Assembly (NCBI GenBank): GCA_026992735.1
Contig: JALWYO010000055.1
Location: 1 to 63,435, forward strand
DNA: 63,435 bases
Reading direction: 5' to 3'
Source of the DNA: Deltaproteobacteria bacterium
GTDB lineage: Bacteria; Desulfobacterota; Dissulfuribacteria; Dissulfuribacterales; QOAL01
Below are positions 9,192 to 18,659 of the stretch, one piece after another. The notes beneath the pieces are model-generated. The model ran no database searches and was not told the DNA's origin. It saw only the letters and a list, made by a program, of their open reading frames with translations. The stretch's first letter is position 1. Every line of letters begins with the position of its first letter. The position numbers were made by a program, and so were the translations under genes.

Positions 9192-10511
9192 ATGAAAAAG
9201 CAAAACTGGCCGCCATGGCCCAGAGACTGCTTCGTTGCGGATTTCCATATTCATTCCAAATACAGCCGCGCCACCAGTAAGGCCATGGAACCGGACAGCC
9301 TCAATGAAACAGCAAAACTGAAAGGCATAAAGGTTGTTGGCACTGGTGACTTTACACATCCCGGCTACCTCCGGGACCTCAAGGAGAAACTCATACCTGA
9401 TGGCCCGGGCCTCTATATCTGCAGGGATGACCCTGATGGCACCAAATTCATACTCACTGCAGAAGTATCAAATATCTTTACACAGGGAGGCAAGAGCAGA
9501 CGGATACACACTCTATTGTTTGCCCCTGACCTGGAAACTGTGGAAGACATTCAGCAGAGGCTCAGCAAGATCGGCAACATAAGCTCAGACGGCAGGCCTA
9601 TATTCGGCTTTCCAGTCAAGGAGCTGGCCAGGCTGACAATGGATTCCAATCCCGACTGTTTTATTGTGCCGGCACACATATGGACGCCGTGGTTCTCCCT
9701 GTTCGGTGCAAAATCAGGCTTTGACTCCATAGAAGAGTGCTTTGAGGAACAATCCGTGCATATCCATGCACTTGAAACCGGGCTCTCTTCAGATCCACAA
9801 ATGAACTGGCGCCTATCCGTACTGGATGATTACACCCTCATATCCAACTCTGATGCCCATTCGCCATGGAAGCTGGGCAGGGAAGCTAATATATTCTCTT
9901 GTGGCATGTCCTACAAAGAGATTATCCAGGCCATGAAAGAACCTGCACATGGCTTCAAGGGCACGATAGAATTCTTTCCTGAAGAAGGGAAATATCACTA
10001 TGACGGCCACAGGGCCTGCGATATATGCATGTCTCCACAGGAAACAAAGTCTGTAAAGGGGATATGCCCTGTATGCAACAAACCGCTTACCATAGGAGTA
10101 TATCACAGGATAGATGATCTGGCCGACCGCCCCCATGGCTATGTCCCGACATCTGCGCTTCCCAATATACACCTTGTGCCCCTGGAAGAGATAATCGCGG
10201 AATCCTTTGGCGTAAAATCCATTACGGCAAGGGTCAGGAGAGAATATCTCAGGACAGTAGAGATGGCAGGGCCTGAATTCCATACCCTGATCTACAAGGA
10301 TCAGGAAGAACTCGAATCCATCCTGCCAGGGCAGATAGCAAGGGCAATAATTGCCATGAGACAAGAAAAAGTCAGGATAATCCCAGGGTTTGACGGCAGA
10401 TACGGCATCATAAAGACCATCCCCCGGGATGATAATGACTCGGGGAAAAATGTTCCCGGCAATAAAAAACAAGGTGGAAAGCCCGGTCTGGTACAGAAAA
10501 AACTGTTCTGA
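9192..10511 (+). CDS. Endonuclease Q-like PHP phosphoesterase with zinc ribbon (COG1379-like)
   Basis: N-terminal ADFHIHSKYSRATS, then YHYDGHRAC...CPVCNKPLTIGVYHRIDDLA zinc-ribbon segment. Confidence 0.7.
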   Translation: MKKQNWPPWPRDCFVADFHIHSKYSRATSKAMEPDSLNETAKLKGIKVVGTGDFTHPGYLRDLKEKLIPDGPGLYICRDDPDGTKFILTAEVSNIFTQGGKSRRIHTLLFAPDLETVEDIQQRLSKIGNISSDGRPIFGFPVKELARLTMDSNPDCFIVPAHIWTPWFSLFGAKSGFDSIEECFEEQSVHIHALETGLSSDPQMNWRLSVLDDYTLISNSDAHSPWKLGREANIFSCGMSYKEIIQAMKEPAHGFKGTIEFFPEEGKYHYDGHRACDICMSPQETKSVKGICPVCNKPLTIGVYHRIDDLADRPHGYVPTSALPNIHLVPLEEIIAESFGVKSITARVRREYLRTVEMAGPEFHTLIYKDQEELESILPGQIARAIIAMRQEKVRIIPGFDGRYGIIKTIPRDDNDSGKNVPGNKKQGGKPGLVQKKLF

Positions 10512-10569
10512 CAAAATTCAATGAGTAAATAACTACCCAGGCCAGGGCAAACTGCCTGCACAGGCTTTA

Positions 10570-13155
10570 TCAGCCAGTCTTTAAGATCCTCAGCAATGTC
10601 TCCTCTCCTACTTCCAGGCCGAAGATGCACGACAATACAGAAAGCGGCTTGAGATACGGCGCCTTGTCCTGGGCTATTTCCAGCATCAGAAAGGCGTTTT
10701 CAACAGTGGAGACCTGAGAGAGCACTTCCACTGCCCATGCAGACTGCCGCTTGTCCTGAATCTCATCCAAAGATACGGTACAAATGCCTGACACCCTCTC
10801 TTTTAGATCGACCCTGATCTCCCTACCCTTTTTGGTCATCTCCAGGACAAAGGAATCTGCTCCAAGGAACCGGGCCACCTGCTGCTGGGCCCAGGATTCC
10901 AGCCTGCCTCTCAACAGCACCAGAAATGACTCCCTCTCCGGGATGCCCAGCTTTATCTTTTTCCATGCAATGTTGCACAGATCCACCTCCATATCCAGAG
11001 GCAGCTCCCTGTTAAGTGCATTCAAAACATCTTCAGCAGGGATATTCTCTTCCAGCACCATCACTGCCTGCTGACACAAGCTCTCAATTCCAAGAGGGAT
11101 GGACTGCGAAAAAGAGACCTTTGGCATCGGATGGAACCCTTGTGAATATGTTACTGGCAGCCGGGCCCTTCGTATCGCCCTGAGAAACATCCTCACCATG
11201 TCCAAGTGTCCCAGAAACCTGGCATCGTGGAGCTTTGAAAAAACCACCTGGCAAAAAACAACAGGAGGTTCAGGATGTTTTTCGCCGTGATAACGAACCT
11301 CTCCCGGCAGGCTGTCTATCTTGGCGGCACGCATAGGTTTTATTGTCTCAAAGTCACACACACCACAGTGCTGACAGTCACCCTGCCTGCAGTCAGGCGT
11401 ATATTCCATCTTGAGCGCCCTCTTTTTCTCAAGACGCAGAAACGCCTTGGTGATCCCTGAATCTATGTGATCCCAGGGAAGCCTGTGGTCTTCAGGGATA
11501 GCCTGGAGATAGGCATCCATGTCGATACCCAACTCATCTGCAGCCTGGAAATATAACCCGGGATCAAGATGGTCCGACCAGGCGTCAAGCCTTGCGCCAG
11601 CCTGCCATGCCTTGTGAATGAGCATGGCAAGCCGCCTGTCTCCGCGTGAAAATACGCCCTCCAGAAAACTCTGCACTGGATCATGCCATTTCACCTGGAA
11701 CTGCCTGCCCTTTAACCGCTGTTTCAGGACGCCTATCTTCCTGTGCGCCTCCTCTACTGAAATCTGCCTCTCCCACTGGAAAGGGGTATGGGGCTTGGGC
11801 ACAAAGGTCCCAACGCTTACAGTAACAGAAGCTGCCTTACGCCTGTTGCTATGTGCAACAATCCTGGCAAGGACCTTTTTTGCAAGGGTTGCAATCTCTT
11901 CCACATCACTGTCAGTCTCGGTAGGAAGTCCTATCATGAAATATAACTTGACGCTGCTCCAGCCATGCTCTCCCAGCATGGCTGCGGTATGCAGCATGTC
12001 CTGTTCACTTATTCCCTTGTTGATGACTTGCCGCAGCCTGTCACTGCCTGCTTCAGGGGCCAGTGTGAATCCGGTCTTCCTGACTCTTTTGATCTGCCTC
12101 ATTATCCCTGGAGTCAATGTCCCAACCCTCAAGGAAGGCAGGGATACCGAGATATTCATGGATACATAAGTATCCATGACAGCAGTGATAAGCGGCTCTA
12201 TGGCAGAATAGTCCCCTGTACTAAGGGAAAGCAGCGAGATTTCCTCCCAGCCTGTGGCACCCAGGCCATTTTCAACCAGGGACATAATTTCCTGGACATC
12301 TCTTTCCCTAACAGGCCTGTAGATGCTGCTTGCCTGACAATAGCGGCATCCCCTTGTGCAACCCCTGGAAATCTCAACGCCGAGACGGTCATGCACCACC
12401 TGCACATTGGGAACAAGAGGCCTCTTGGGAAAGTGTCCGGCCTGCAGTTCAGGCAATATTACCCTGCGGACCTTCCTGCGCTCATCCACGCTTGCAACCG
12501 GGGCTTGCCCTGCAGAAGGATTATCAGTGCCGGGAGGATTATAAAATGCCGGGACATAAACACCATCCCTGGAATCCAGGACATTAAGCAAATTCAGGTG
12601 CGCTTCAGGCCCTGTGCCCTCCCTCTTCAGGATCTCCAGTATATCTATCACAGCCTCCTCTCCATCACCTATGACTATTGCATCAAACAGTTCAGCTACA
12701 GGTTCCGGGTTGAGGCAACAGCTCCCTCCTCCCACCACAAGGGGCCAGGCACCATCCTGTCTGTCCCTGGACCATAAAGGCATACCGGCAAGATCGAGGA
12801 TGGTGAATATATTTGAATAGCAGAGTTCGTATGGAAGGGTGATAAAGAGACAATCGAAGTCAGCCAGGGGCCTGCGGCTCTCCAAGCCAAACAGGGAGAT
12901 GCCCTCAGAGCGGAGATAAGTTTCCAGGTCTGTATCCGGACAGTATGCCCTGTCAGCCAGGGCCCAGGACGTGCGGTTTATAATATCGTACAGGATCTGC
13001 AGCCCAAGATGGGACATGCCTATCTCATAAAGGTCCGGAAATATGCAGGCTGACCTGACATCAACCTGGTCCCACGGCTTCTGATATGCGTTTTTTTCCC
13101 TGCCTATGTAACGCCCGGGCTTGCGACACAGGCTGAGTATCTCTTGAAGTTTCAT
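10570..13155 (-). CDS. Radical SAM protein fused to a DUF2344-like C-terminal domain (TIGR03960+TIGR03936-type fusion)
   Basis: CTRGCRYC radical-SAM cluster motif and N-terminus KPGRYIGRE. The C-terminal third resembles the DUF2344 partner. ATG 13155 (MKLQEILS...) was chosen over the track start. Confidence 0.75.
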   Translation of the reverse strand: MKLQEILSLCRKPGRYIGREKNAYQKPWDQVDVRSACIFPDLYEIGMSHLGLQILYDIINRTSWALADRAYCPDTDLETYLRSEGISLFGLESRRPLADFDCLFITLPYELCYSNIFTILDLAGMPLWSRDRQDGAWPLVVGGGSCCLNPEPVAELFDAIVIGDGEEAVIDILEILKREGTGPEAHLNLLNVLDSRDGVYVPAFYNPPGTDNPSAGQAPVASVDERRKVRRVILPELQAGHFPKRPLVPNVQVVHDRLGVEISRGCTRGCRYCQASSIYRPVRERDVQEIMSLVENGLGATGWEEISLLSLSTGDYSAIEPLITAVMDTYVSMNISVSLPSLRVGTLTPGIMRQIKRVRKTGFTLAPEAGSDRLRQVINKGISEQDMLHTAAMLGEHGWSSVKLYFMIGLPTETDSDVEEIATLAKKVLARIVAHSNRRKAASVTVSVGTFVPKPHTPFQWERQISVEEAHRKIGVLKQRLKGRQFQVKWHDPVQSFLEGVFSRGDRRLAMLIHKAWQAGARLDAWSDHLDPGLYFQAADELGIDMDAYLQAIPEDHRLPWDHIDSGITKAFLRLEKKRALKMEYTPDCRQGDCQHCGVCDFETIKPMRAAKIDSLPGEVRYHGEKHPEPPVVFCQVVFSKLHDARFLGHLDMVRMFLRAIRRARLPVTYSQGFHPMPKVSFSQSIPLGIESLCQQAVMVLEENIPAEDVLNALNRELPLDMEVDLCNIAWKKIKLGIPERESFLVLLRGRLESWAQQQVARFLGADSFVLEMTKKGREIRVDLKERVSGICTVSLDEIQDKRQSAWAVEVLSQVSTVENAFLMLEIAQDKAPYLKPLSVLSCIFGLEVGEETLLRILKTG

Positions 13156-13255
13156 GGCGAGGCAGCATAAACCAAACAGGCATGGAGAACAAACCCTGTC
13201 TTCAACCATAACTTCAAAATCGGACAGGGAATTAGAGAAAATCTCCAGGCAGGGC

Positions 13256-13837
13256 CTACAAGTCTATGAGGTCCTCTATCTCCTGCCAGTTTCTGACCCT
13301 GAGATACGGGGTATCGCCCTGGTTCCAGGGATGATCATATACAATTGCCTTAAGGCCTGCCTTGCAGATCGACCTGCATGTCTCTAAATGGTCTTCCACA
13401 AAACAGTCTATCCCCATCTCCTTAAGCACCCCGGCCTTTATCTCGTGCCTGCCGGTTGCGATCACCTGGATACGATCCAGCGGTACTGGATTCAATTCTT
13501 TCCTTAGCCATTCCTCTATAGGCGCCCTGACAGGCCGGGCGGTCACAAATTTCAGGGGCCCATGTTCTGACAACCGCTGCAACACATCCACCGCCTTGTC
13601 CATGGGAGTGAGACCAATGCCGAAAGGATCTTTCAATATCCTTTCTATCACTGCTTTTATAATATCTTCGTCCATGGGCAGACAATCTTCCAGCCAGTAT
13701 GAGGTTATATGTTCCCTGCGGATTCCCTCCACGCCGAACTCATTCCGCGCTATCCGCAGGAAAGCAGACATTGTATCTGACACCACTCCGTCTATGTCAA
13801 AGGCTATTTTGGTGGGTTTTATCTTTATAACTGTCAT
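13256..13837 (-). CDS. HAD-superfamily hydrolase (5'(3')-nucleotidase-like)
   Basis: N-terminal IAFDIDGVVSDT (DxDxV/T HAD motif I). 193 aa. Confidence 0.65.
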   Translation of the reverse strand: MTVIKIKPTKIAFDIDGVVSDTMSAFLRIARNEFGVEGIRREHITSYWLEDCLPMDEDIIKAVIERILKDPFGIGLTPMDKAVDVLQRLSEHGPLKFVTARPVRAPIEEWLRKELNPVPLDRIQVIATGRHEIKAGVLKEMGIDCFVEDHLETCRSICKAGLKAIVYDHPWNQGDTPYLRVRNWQEIEDLIDL

Positions 13838-13996
13838 GTTTTGTTGTAAGTTCCGCTCTCGTTACAGGCTGCATACCTTACACGGACTATGCAGTAAAAT
13901 TTATGCCGAATGGACGGCATGGCAACTATCGCTGCCCCGACTATCCTGAAACGACGGGCAGACCGCATTGCCAAACCATAAAATTTTCGGGAGTCA

Positions 13997-14428
13997 ATGA
14001 TGTATAAGCGGATGCTGGTACTAAGATTTCCACCGGAAATCACGGACAAGCCCATAATCTACTATCTCAGCCAGGAATATAACCTCTGTTTCAATATACT
14101 CAAGGCCACCATACTCCCTGGAGAAGAGGGAATTATGGTACTGGAACTCTCCGGGCATCAAAAGAATGTCAAGGCGGGGCTCAAGTATCTCAGGTCCAAG
14201 GGGGTAAAGGTTAAATCCGTGGCCCAGGAAATCCGGAGAAATGATGAAGTCTGTCTCATGTGCGGGGCATGCACCGGAATATGCCCCACGAATGCCCTCT
14301 ACGTGGAGCAGGACAGCAGGCAGGTAATCTTCAACCCGGAAGACTGCAAGGGATGTGAGCTGTGCGTGGCGGTCTGTCCCGTCAGGGCCATGGAGATACG
14401 GTTTTCCAAGGAGAAGGTACTCATCTGA
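13997..14428 (+). CDS. NIL-domain / 2x[4Fe-4S] ferredoxin fusion protein
   Basis: The N-terminal ~75 aa resemble a NIL domain (LVLRFPPEITDKPIIYYLSQEYNL.FNILKA). It is followed by CLMCGACTGICP and CKGCELCVAVCP cluster motifs. Confidence 0.75.
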   Translation: MMYKRMLVLRFPPEITDKPIIYYLSQEYNLCFNILKATILPGEEGIMVLELSGHQKNVKAGLKYLRSKGVKVKSVAQEIRRNDEVCLMCGACTGICPTNALYVEQDSRQVIFNPEDCKGCELCVAVCPVRAMEIRFSKEKVLI

Positions 14429-15480
14429 ATCAAGACGGCAAACAGGTACTGGTGGCCATGAGCGGCGGTGTAGACAGCGCCGTGGCAGCATGGCTGCTGC
14501 AGGAAAAAGGCTTCAGGGTCCAGGGGTTGTTTATCCGCATGACAGGTACTGAAAAGGAGGAGCAAGCCCTGTCTTCCGCCAGGGCTGTTTCGGGAATTCT
14601 GGGAATCAGGCTCCATGTAGCTGACATGCAGAAAGAATTCAGGCACAGAGTACTGGAATACTTCCTGAATGCCTACCGTTCCTGCAAGACACCAAACCCC
14701 TGCGTGATATGCAATCCAGACATCAAGATTGCCTCAGCCCTGGCAATTGCCCGCAATCTTGGAATCCAGCTCATTGCAACAGGACACTATGCCAGGCGGA
14801 AGATCACCGCTGGCGGCAGGGCCTTCCTGATGACAGCCAGGCACAGCCCGAAAGACCAGAGCTATTTTCTGCACCAGCTTAACAAAAAAGTACTCGGGCA
14901 TCTGATCATGCCGCTCGGCGGCCTGGACAGAAAGACCGTGGAAAATATCTCAAAAGAGGCTGGCATAAACAGTCATATCCAGGAGGAGAGCCAGGACATC
15001 TGTTTCCTCAGGGGTGACTACCGCAAATATATAAGGCAAATACCAGGCATGTCACCTGTTCCAGGGCCTATAGTCAAAACAGATGGCACCATTGCAGGAG
15101 AACACAAGGGCCTTGTAGACTATACTGTTGGACAGAGACGGGGGCTCGGCATCCCGGACAAGACCCCTTACTATGTGATACATCTTGATCACAGGTCCAA
15201 CACCCTTGTCATTGGCAAGAAACATGAGCTGTTGAAAAAGTCCTGCCTGGTCTCAGGCATCAACTGGCTGGCAGAACCAGGAATGGCTATCTGTTCAAGC
15301 TTACAGGTAAAACTGAGATCCAGGCATAAACCAGTGAAGGCCAGCGTGCAAATAAGCCGAAAAGATAATAGGACAGCAGTAGTCTGCTTCCAGGAAGCGC
15401 AGCATGCGGTAACGCCTGGACAGTTCGCGGTGTTTTACAAAGGACCCCTGGTCATTGGAGGTGGTACAATTTGCAAATAG
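14362..15480 (+). CDS. mnmA: tRNA 2-thiouridine(34) synthase MnmA, CxxC (Fe-S type) variant; start codon uncertain
   Basis: PP-loop VLVAMSGGVDS, then TPNPCVICNPDIKI, then SQDICFL. GTG 14362 overlaps the upstream gene by 67 nt. CTG 14425 overlaps its TGA with AAGGAG 11 nt upstream and would give a canonical-length N-terminus. Confidence 0.85.
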   Translation: MRGGLSRQGHGDTVFQGEGTHLNQDGKQVLVAMSGGVDSAVAAWLLQEKGFRVQGLFIRMTGTEKEEQALSSARAVSGILGIRLHVADMQKEFRHRVLEYFLNAYRSCKTPNPCVICNPDIKIASALAIARNLGIQLIATGHYARRKITAGGRAFLMTARHSPKDQSYFLHQLNKKVLGHLIMPLGGLDRKTVENISKEAGINSHIQEESQDICFLRGDYRKYIRQIPGMSPVPGPIVKTDGTIAGEHKGLVDYTVGQRRGLGIPDKTPYYVIHLDHRSNTLVIGKKHELLKKSCLVSGINWLAEPGMAICSSLQVKLRSRHKPVKASVQISRKDNRTAVVCFQEAQHAVTPGQFAVFYKGPLVIGGGTICK

Positions 15481-16799
15481 CCTTTTATACACTTGGCTGC
15501 AAGGTGAACCAGTTTGAATCGTGGGCAATACAGGATGCCTTTCTCCGGCATGGCTGCACTGTGGTAAATTACCGTGAAGCAGCAGACATATACATAGTCA
15601 ACACCTGCACAGTGACCTCCAGGGCCGCCTACCAGTCCAGACAGATCATAAGGCGTTTGAGACGCGAAAGGCCTGATGCCAAGATAATTGCCACAGGATG
15701 CCATGTTCAGACAGATGCCTCAACAGTCCTTGAATCCGCAGGCACTGGCGTATGTCTTGCCGGCAACCCGCAGAAACACCTTATTGCCGAACAGGCTCTG
15801 AAAAGCGAAAAAAGTGGATGCACAGGCATATTTATCACTGATATATCCAGGCAGAAGACCATCTCGCCTTTGTTCCTGCACCGCCCTCCTGCTAACAGGA
15901 CCAGGGCATATCTGAAGGTACAGGATGGATGCAATGCATTCTGCACATACTGCATAGTTCCATACGCCCGTGGCCGCAGCCGCAGCCTGCCGCCTGAAGA
16001 TGCCATCAGGCAGGTGGATATCTTCTCTAAGGCTGGCATCAGGGAGATAGTGGTCACTGGCATACATGTTGGCCACTACGGTAAAGACCTGAAAGATCCC
16101 ATGGACCTTCTCATGCTGCTTGACCGTCTCTGCCACAAGTTCAAGCACATATCCTTCCGCCTGAGCTCCATAGAGCCCACGGAAATTTCTCCACAGTTCA
16201 TAAAATGGGCTGCTGAAACCGATAATTTCTGCCCGCATTTCCATATACCGCTTCAAAGCGGTTCTGATACCGTACTGGCTGCCATGAACAGGCATTATTC
16301 GGCATCTTTCTTCCTGGAGATCCTGGAATCCATTGCCGAATCTATCAAAAATTGCTGCATAGGCACTGACGTCATGACTGGTTTTCCCACAGAGAGATCA
16401 GAGGATTTCCAGGCCACAGCAGCTCTGCTGGAAACTGCCCCGGTTTCCTATGTACACGCGTTTCCATACTCATCAAGGCCGGGCACTGTAGCAGAAGCCA
16501 TGAAGCCGGTCTGTTCCGGCATTGAGGCAAAGGAACGGGCGGCCCTGGTCAGGGAAATCGGTATGCGGAAACGGCGGACATTTTTTGAGCGGTTTGCCAG
16601 GGAAAAGCTGGATGTACTGGTGGAAAAAAGGAGCAGGGATACCGGCCTGTTTACAGGTTACACACCTAATTACCTACCTGTATATATTGAATCAGACAAG
16701 GAGTTGAAGGATCTTAGAAACCGTCATGTCAAGGTCCAGATCGACAGGATCGACAACAGGGGTTTGTACGGCAAAATATACAGTAAAGCCCACCATTGA
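15471..16799 (+). CDS. mtaB: MiaB-family radical SAM methylthiotransferase, MtaB-like
   Basis: N-terminus FYTLGCKVNQFES, radical SAM motif CNAFCTYCIVP, and a C-terminal TRAM-like segment. Overlaps the mnmA stop by 10 nt. Confidence 0.85.
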   Translation: MQIAFYTLGCKVNQFESWAIQDAFLRHGCTVVNYREAADIYIVNTCTVTSRAAYQSRQIIRRLRRERPDAKIIATGCHVQTDASTVLESAGTGVCLAGNPQKHLIAEQALKSEKSGCTGIFITDISRQKTISPLFLHRPPANRTRAYLKVQDGCNAFCTYCIVPYARGRSRSLPPEDAIRQVDIFSKAGIREIVVTGIHVGHYGKDLKDPMDLLMLLDRLCHKFKHISFRLSSIEPTEISPQFIKWAAETDNFCPHFHIPLQSGSDTVLAAMNRHYSASFFLEILESIAESIKNCCIGTDVMTGFPTERSEDFQATAALLETAPVSYVHAFPYSSRPGTVAEAMKPVCSGIEAKERAALVREIGMRKRRTFFERFAREKLDVLVEKRSRDTGLFTGYTPNYLPVYIESDKELKDLRNRHVKVQIDRIDNRGLYGKIYSKAHH

Positions 16800-16801
16800 A
16801 A

Positions 16802-16859
16802 CCTGTGATCAGTTACAATAGAATCGGGAACAGCTCACGATGTAATGCTTCACAGACAG
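16802..16859. repeat. REP-like inverted pair of a TGTGA-N4-TTACA unit between convergent genes
   Basis: CCTGTGATCAGTTACAA (16802-16818) faces TGTAATGCTTCACAGACAG (16841-16859). The same unit recurs at 18608-18623, 18660-18675, 18751-18766, 42661-42676 and 45627-45645. Confidence 0.55.
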
Positions 16860-17252
16860 TTACGAATGAGCATCATCAACAAGTCCCTGAATCACCTGAT
16901 GCAGAACGCTGACGGAATACGGCTTGGAGACTGCTGCATCAAACCCGTATTTTCTTGGATTGGACATGATATCCTCTCCTGTATATCCGCTTGATATTAT
17001 AGCCTTCACATCAGGATCTATGGCCCGTATATTTTCCAGCGTGGCTACTCCATCAAGTTCACCAGGCAAGGTCATGTCCAGGATTACCAAATCAAAAGGC
17101 TCTCCTTTCTCCCAGGCCCTGCGGAATAATTCCACTGCCTGGATACCATCAACAGCAGTCTTTACGCAAAAACCGAACACCGTGAGAATGTCCTTGACGA
17201 GTTCAAGTATCAACTCCTCATCATCCAGCACCAGTACCTTATTATCTGACAT
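16860..17252 (-). CDS. Single-domain response regulator (CheY-like receiver)
   Basis: VLVLDDEE, DLVILDMTLPG (acceptor Asp present), AIISSGY and SKP motifs. 130 aa. Confidence 0.85.
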   Translation of the reverse strand: MSDNKVLVLDDEELILELVKDILTVFGFCVKTAVDGIQAVELFRRAWEKGEPFDLVILDMTLPGELDGVATLENIRAIDPDVKAIISSGYTGEDIMSNPRKYGFDAAVSKPYSVSVLHQVIQGLVDDAHS

Positions 17253-17580
17253 ATCTATTTAGCAATCCTGAATTCAAGAAAATCTCTCAATCCCGGTTAT
17301 GACATGATTTTTTAAACAGCTCCACAATCTAAGGTGCCTGAGCGGTACCATTTACTACGCTGAATAAATATATTTTACCAAAATAGTAACAAAGTTCACA
17401 TAAAAACTTTAAAATATCTGGACAAACCGCAACAGATCAGCCTGACGGTTTACCCTGCATCTGCATTCTATTAAGATGTTGGCCATAATCCGGGATAATA
17501 ATATATCACTGTAGGGGTTTCACTAATCCCTGCATGATCCAATTTTATAGAATCAGGCAACAGGACAGAGAGCAGAGAGT

Positions 17581-18135
17581 ATGAAAACATTTGAGAAGGC
17601 TGGGCGCCTCAATACCAGCGCCTGTTTGGCAACTGCCGTGAATGCGTTGAAGCAGAAAGGTATCTCCACCCTTATAACAGCTTCCACCTCTGGGTACACG
17701 GCCCTGCAGGCCGCAGAGCTTATTTCCGAAATCGATGCCAAACTGGTGGTTATAACCCACAATTACGGCTTCAAGGAGCCGGGAACCATAGAAATGACCA
17801 GGGAAACCAGAAAGAAGCTTCAAAACATGGGTGCTGCCGTACACACAGGCACAATGCCGTTCAGAAATATAGGTACGGCCATCAGAAGCACAATGGGATA
17901 TTCTCAGCAGGAGCTCATAGCAAATACACTCAGGCTTATGGGCCAGGGAATCAAGGTATGCGTAGAAATCGCAATGATGGCTGCTGACGCAGGTCTTGCA
18001 GGCAATACAGATGTGATTACCGTTGCAGGCACTGCCCGCGGCGCAGACACTGCTGCCATAATAAGGCCTGCTTCGTCAAACCGCCTGTTCGAAATCAAAA
18101 TAAGGGAAATACTTGCCAAACCTTATGACTGGTAA
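17581..18135 (+). CDS. Pyruvate kinase C-terminal (alpha/beta) domain-like protein
   Basis: 184 aa stand-alone protein. LITASTSGYTALQAAE resembles the PK C-domain segment. Assigned from memory. Confidence 0.5.
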   Translation: MKTFEKAGRLNTSACLATAVNALKQKGISTLITASTSGYTALQAAELISEIDAKLVVITHNYGFKEPGTIEMTRETRKKLQNMGAAVHTGTMPFRNIGTAIRSTMGYSQQELIANTLRLMGQGIKVCVEIAMMAADAGLAGNTDVITVAGTARGADTAAIIRPASSNRLFEIKIREILAKPYDW

Positions 18136-18144
18136 TCCAAAGAT

Positions 18145-18606
18145 ATGAAAAAAAACGGTGCAAAGATCGTCTGTCAAAACCGCAAGGCCAGACACGAATA
18201 TCACATAGAAGACACTTACGAGGCCGGTATGGTCCTTCTTGGTCCCGAGGTCAAGTCCATAAGAGATGGGCGCATAAACCTGAAGGATGGATATGTTGAA
18301 ATAAAAGACGATGAAGCATGGCTTCAAAATGTCCACATATCCCCCTATCCCTTCGCAACAAATACCAGCAGGCTGGACCCACTCCGCCCCAGGAAGCTGC
18401 TTCTTCACAAGAGGCAGATAAGAAAACTGACTGGCAAGGTAAAGGAACGGGGCTACACCCTCATCCCTCTTAAGGTCTATTTCTCAAACGGCCGGGCCAA
18501 GGTCGAAATCGCCCTGGCAAAGGGAAAGAAGATATATGATAAACGGGAGTCCTTGAAAAGAAAGACCATGGACAGGGAATTTGAAAAGAGATTCAAGATA
18601 AGATAA
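18145..18606 (+). CDS. smpB: SsrA-binding protein SmpB
   Basis: [30 protein letters not shown]...[11 protein letters not shown] is the canonical SmpB sequence. 153 aa. Confidence 0.95.
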   Translation: MKKNGAKIVCQNRKARHEYHIEDTYEAGMVLLGPEVKSIRDGRINLKDGYVEIKDDEAWLQNVHISPYPFATNTSRLDPLRPRKLLLHKRQIRKLTGKVKERGYTLIPLKVYFSNGRAKVEIALAKGKKIYDKRESLKRKTMDREFEKRFKIR

Positions 18607-18659
18607 CGTAACTGATCACAGGGTTATGTCGAGTTTTGTTGCACACCTTCCCCATTCTA

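Noticed and set aside
11965-12777. Long antisense ORFs inside well-supported genes (this one opposite the radical SAM gene; similar cases at 2820-3566, 6301-6972, 9813-10514, 15720-16295, 33601-34236, 36187-36873, 39191-39820, 40697-41425, 42775-43389, 49833-50369).
   Set aside because: Each is fully embedded in the opposite strand of a gene with clear family motifs. They have low-complexity or Arg/Pro/Cys-rich composition and no recognisable motif or SD. I treat them as shadow ORFs.
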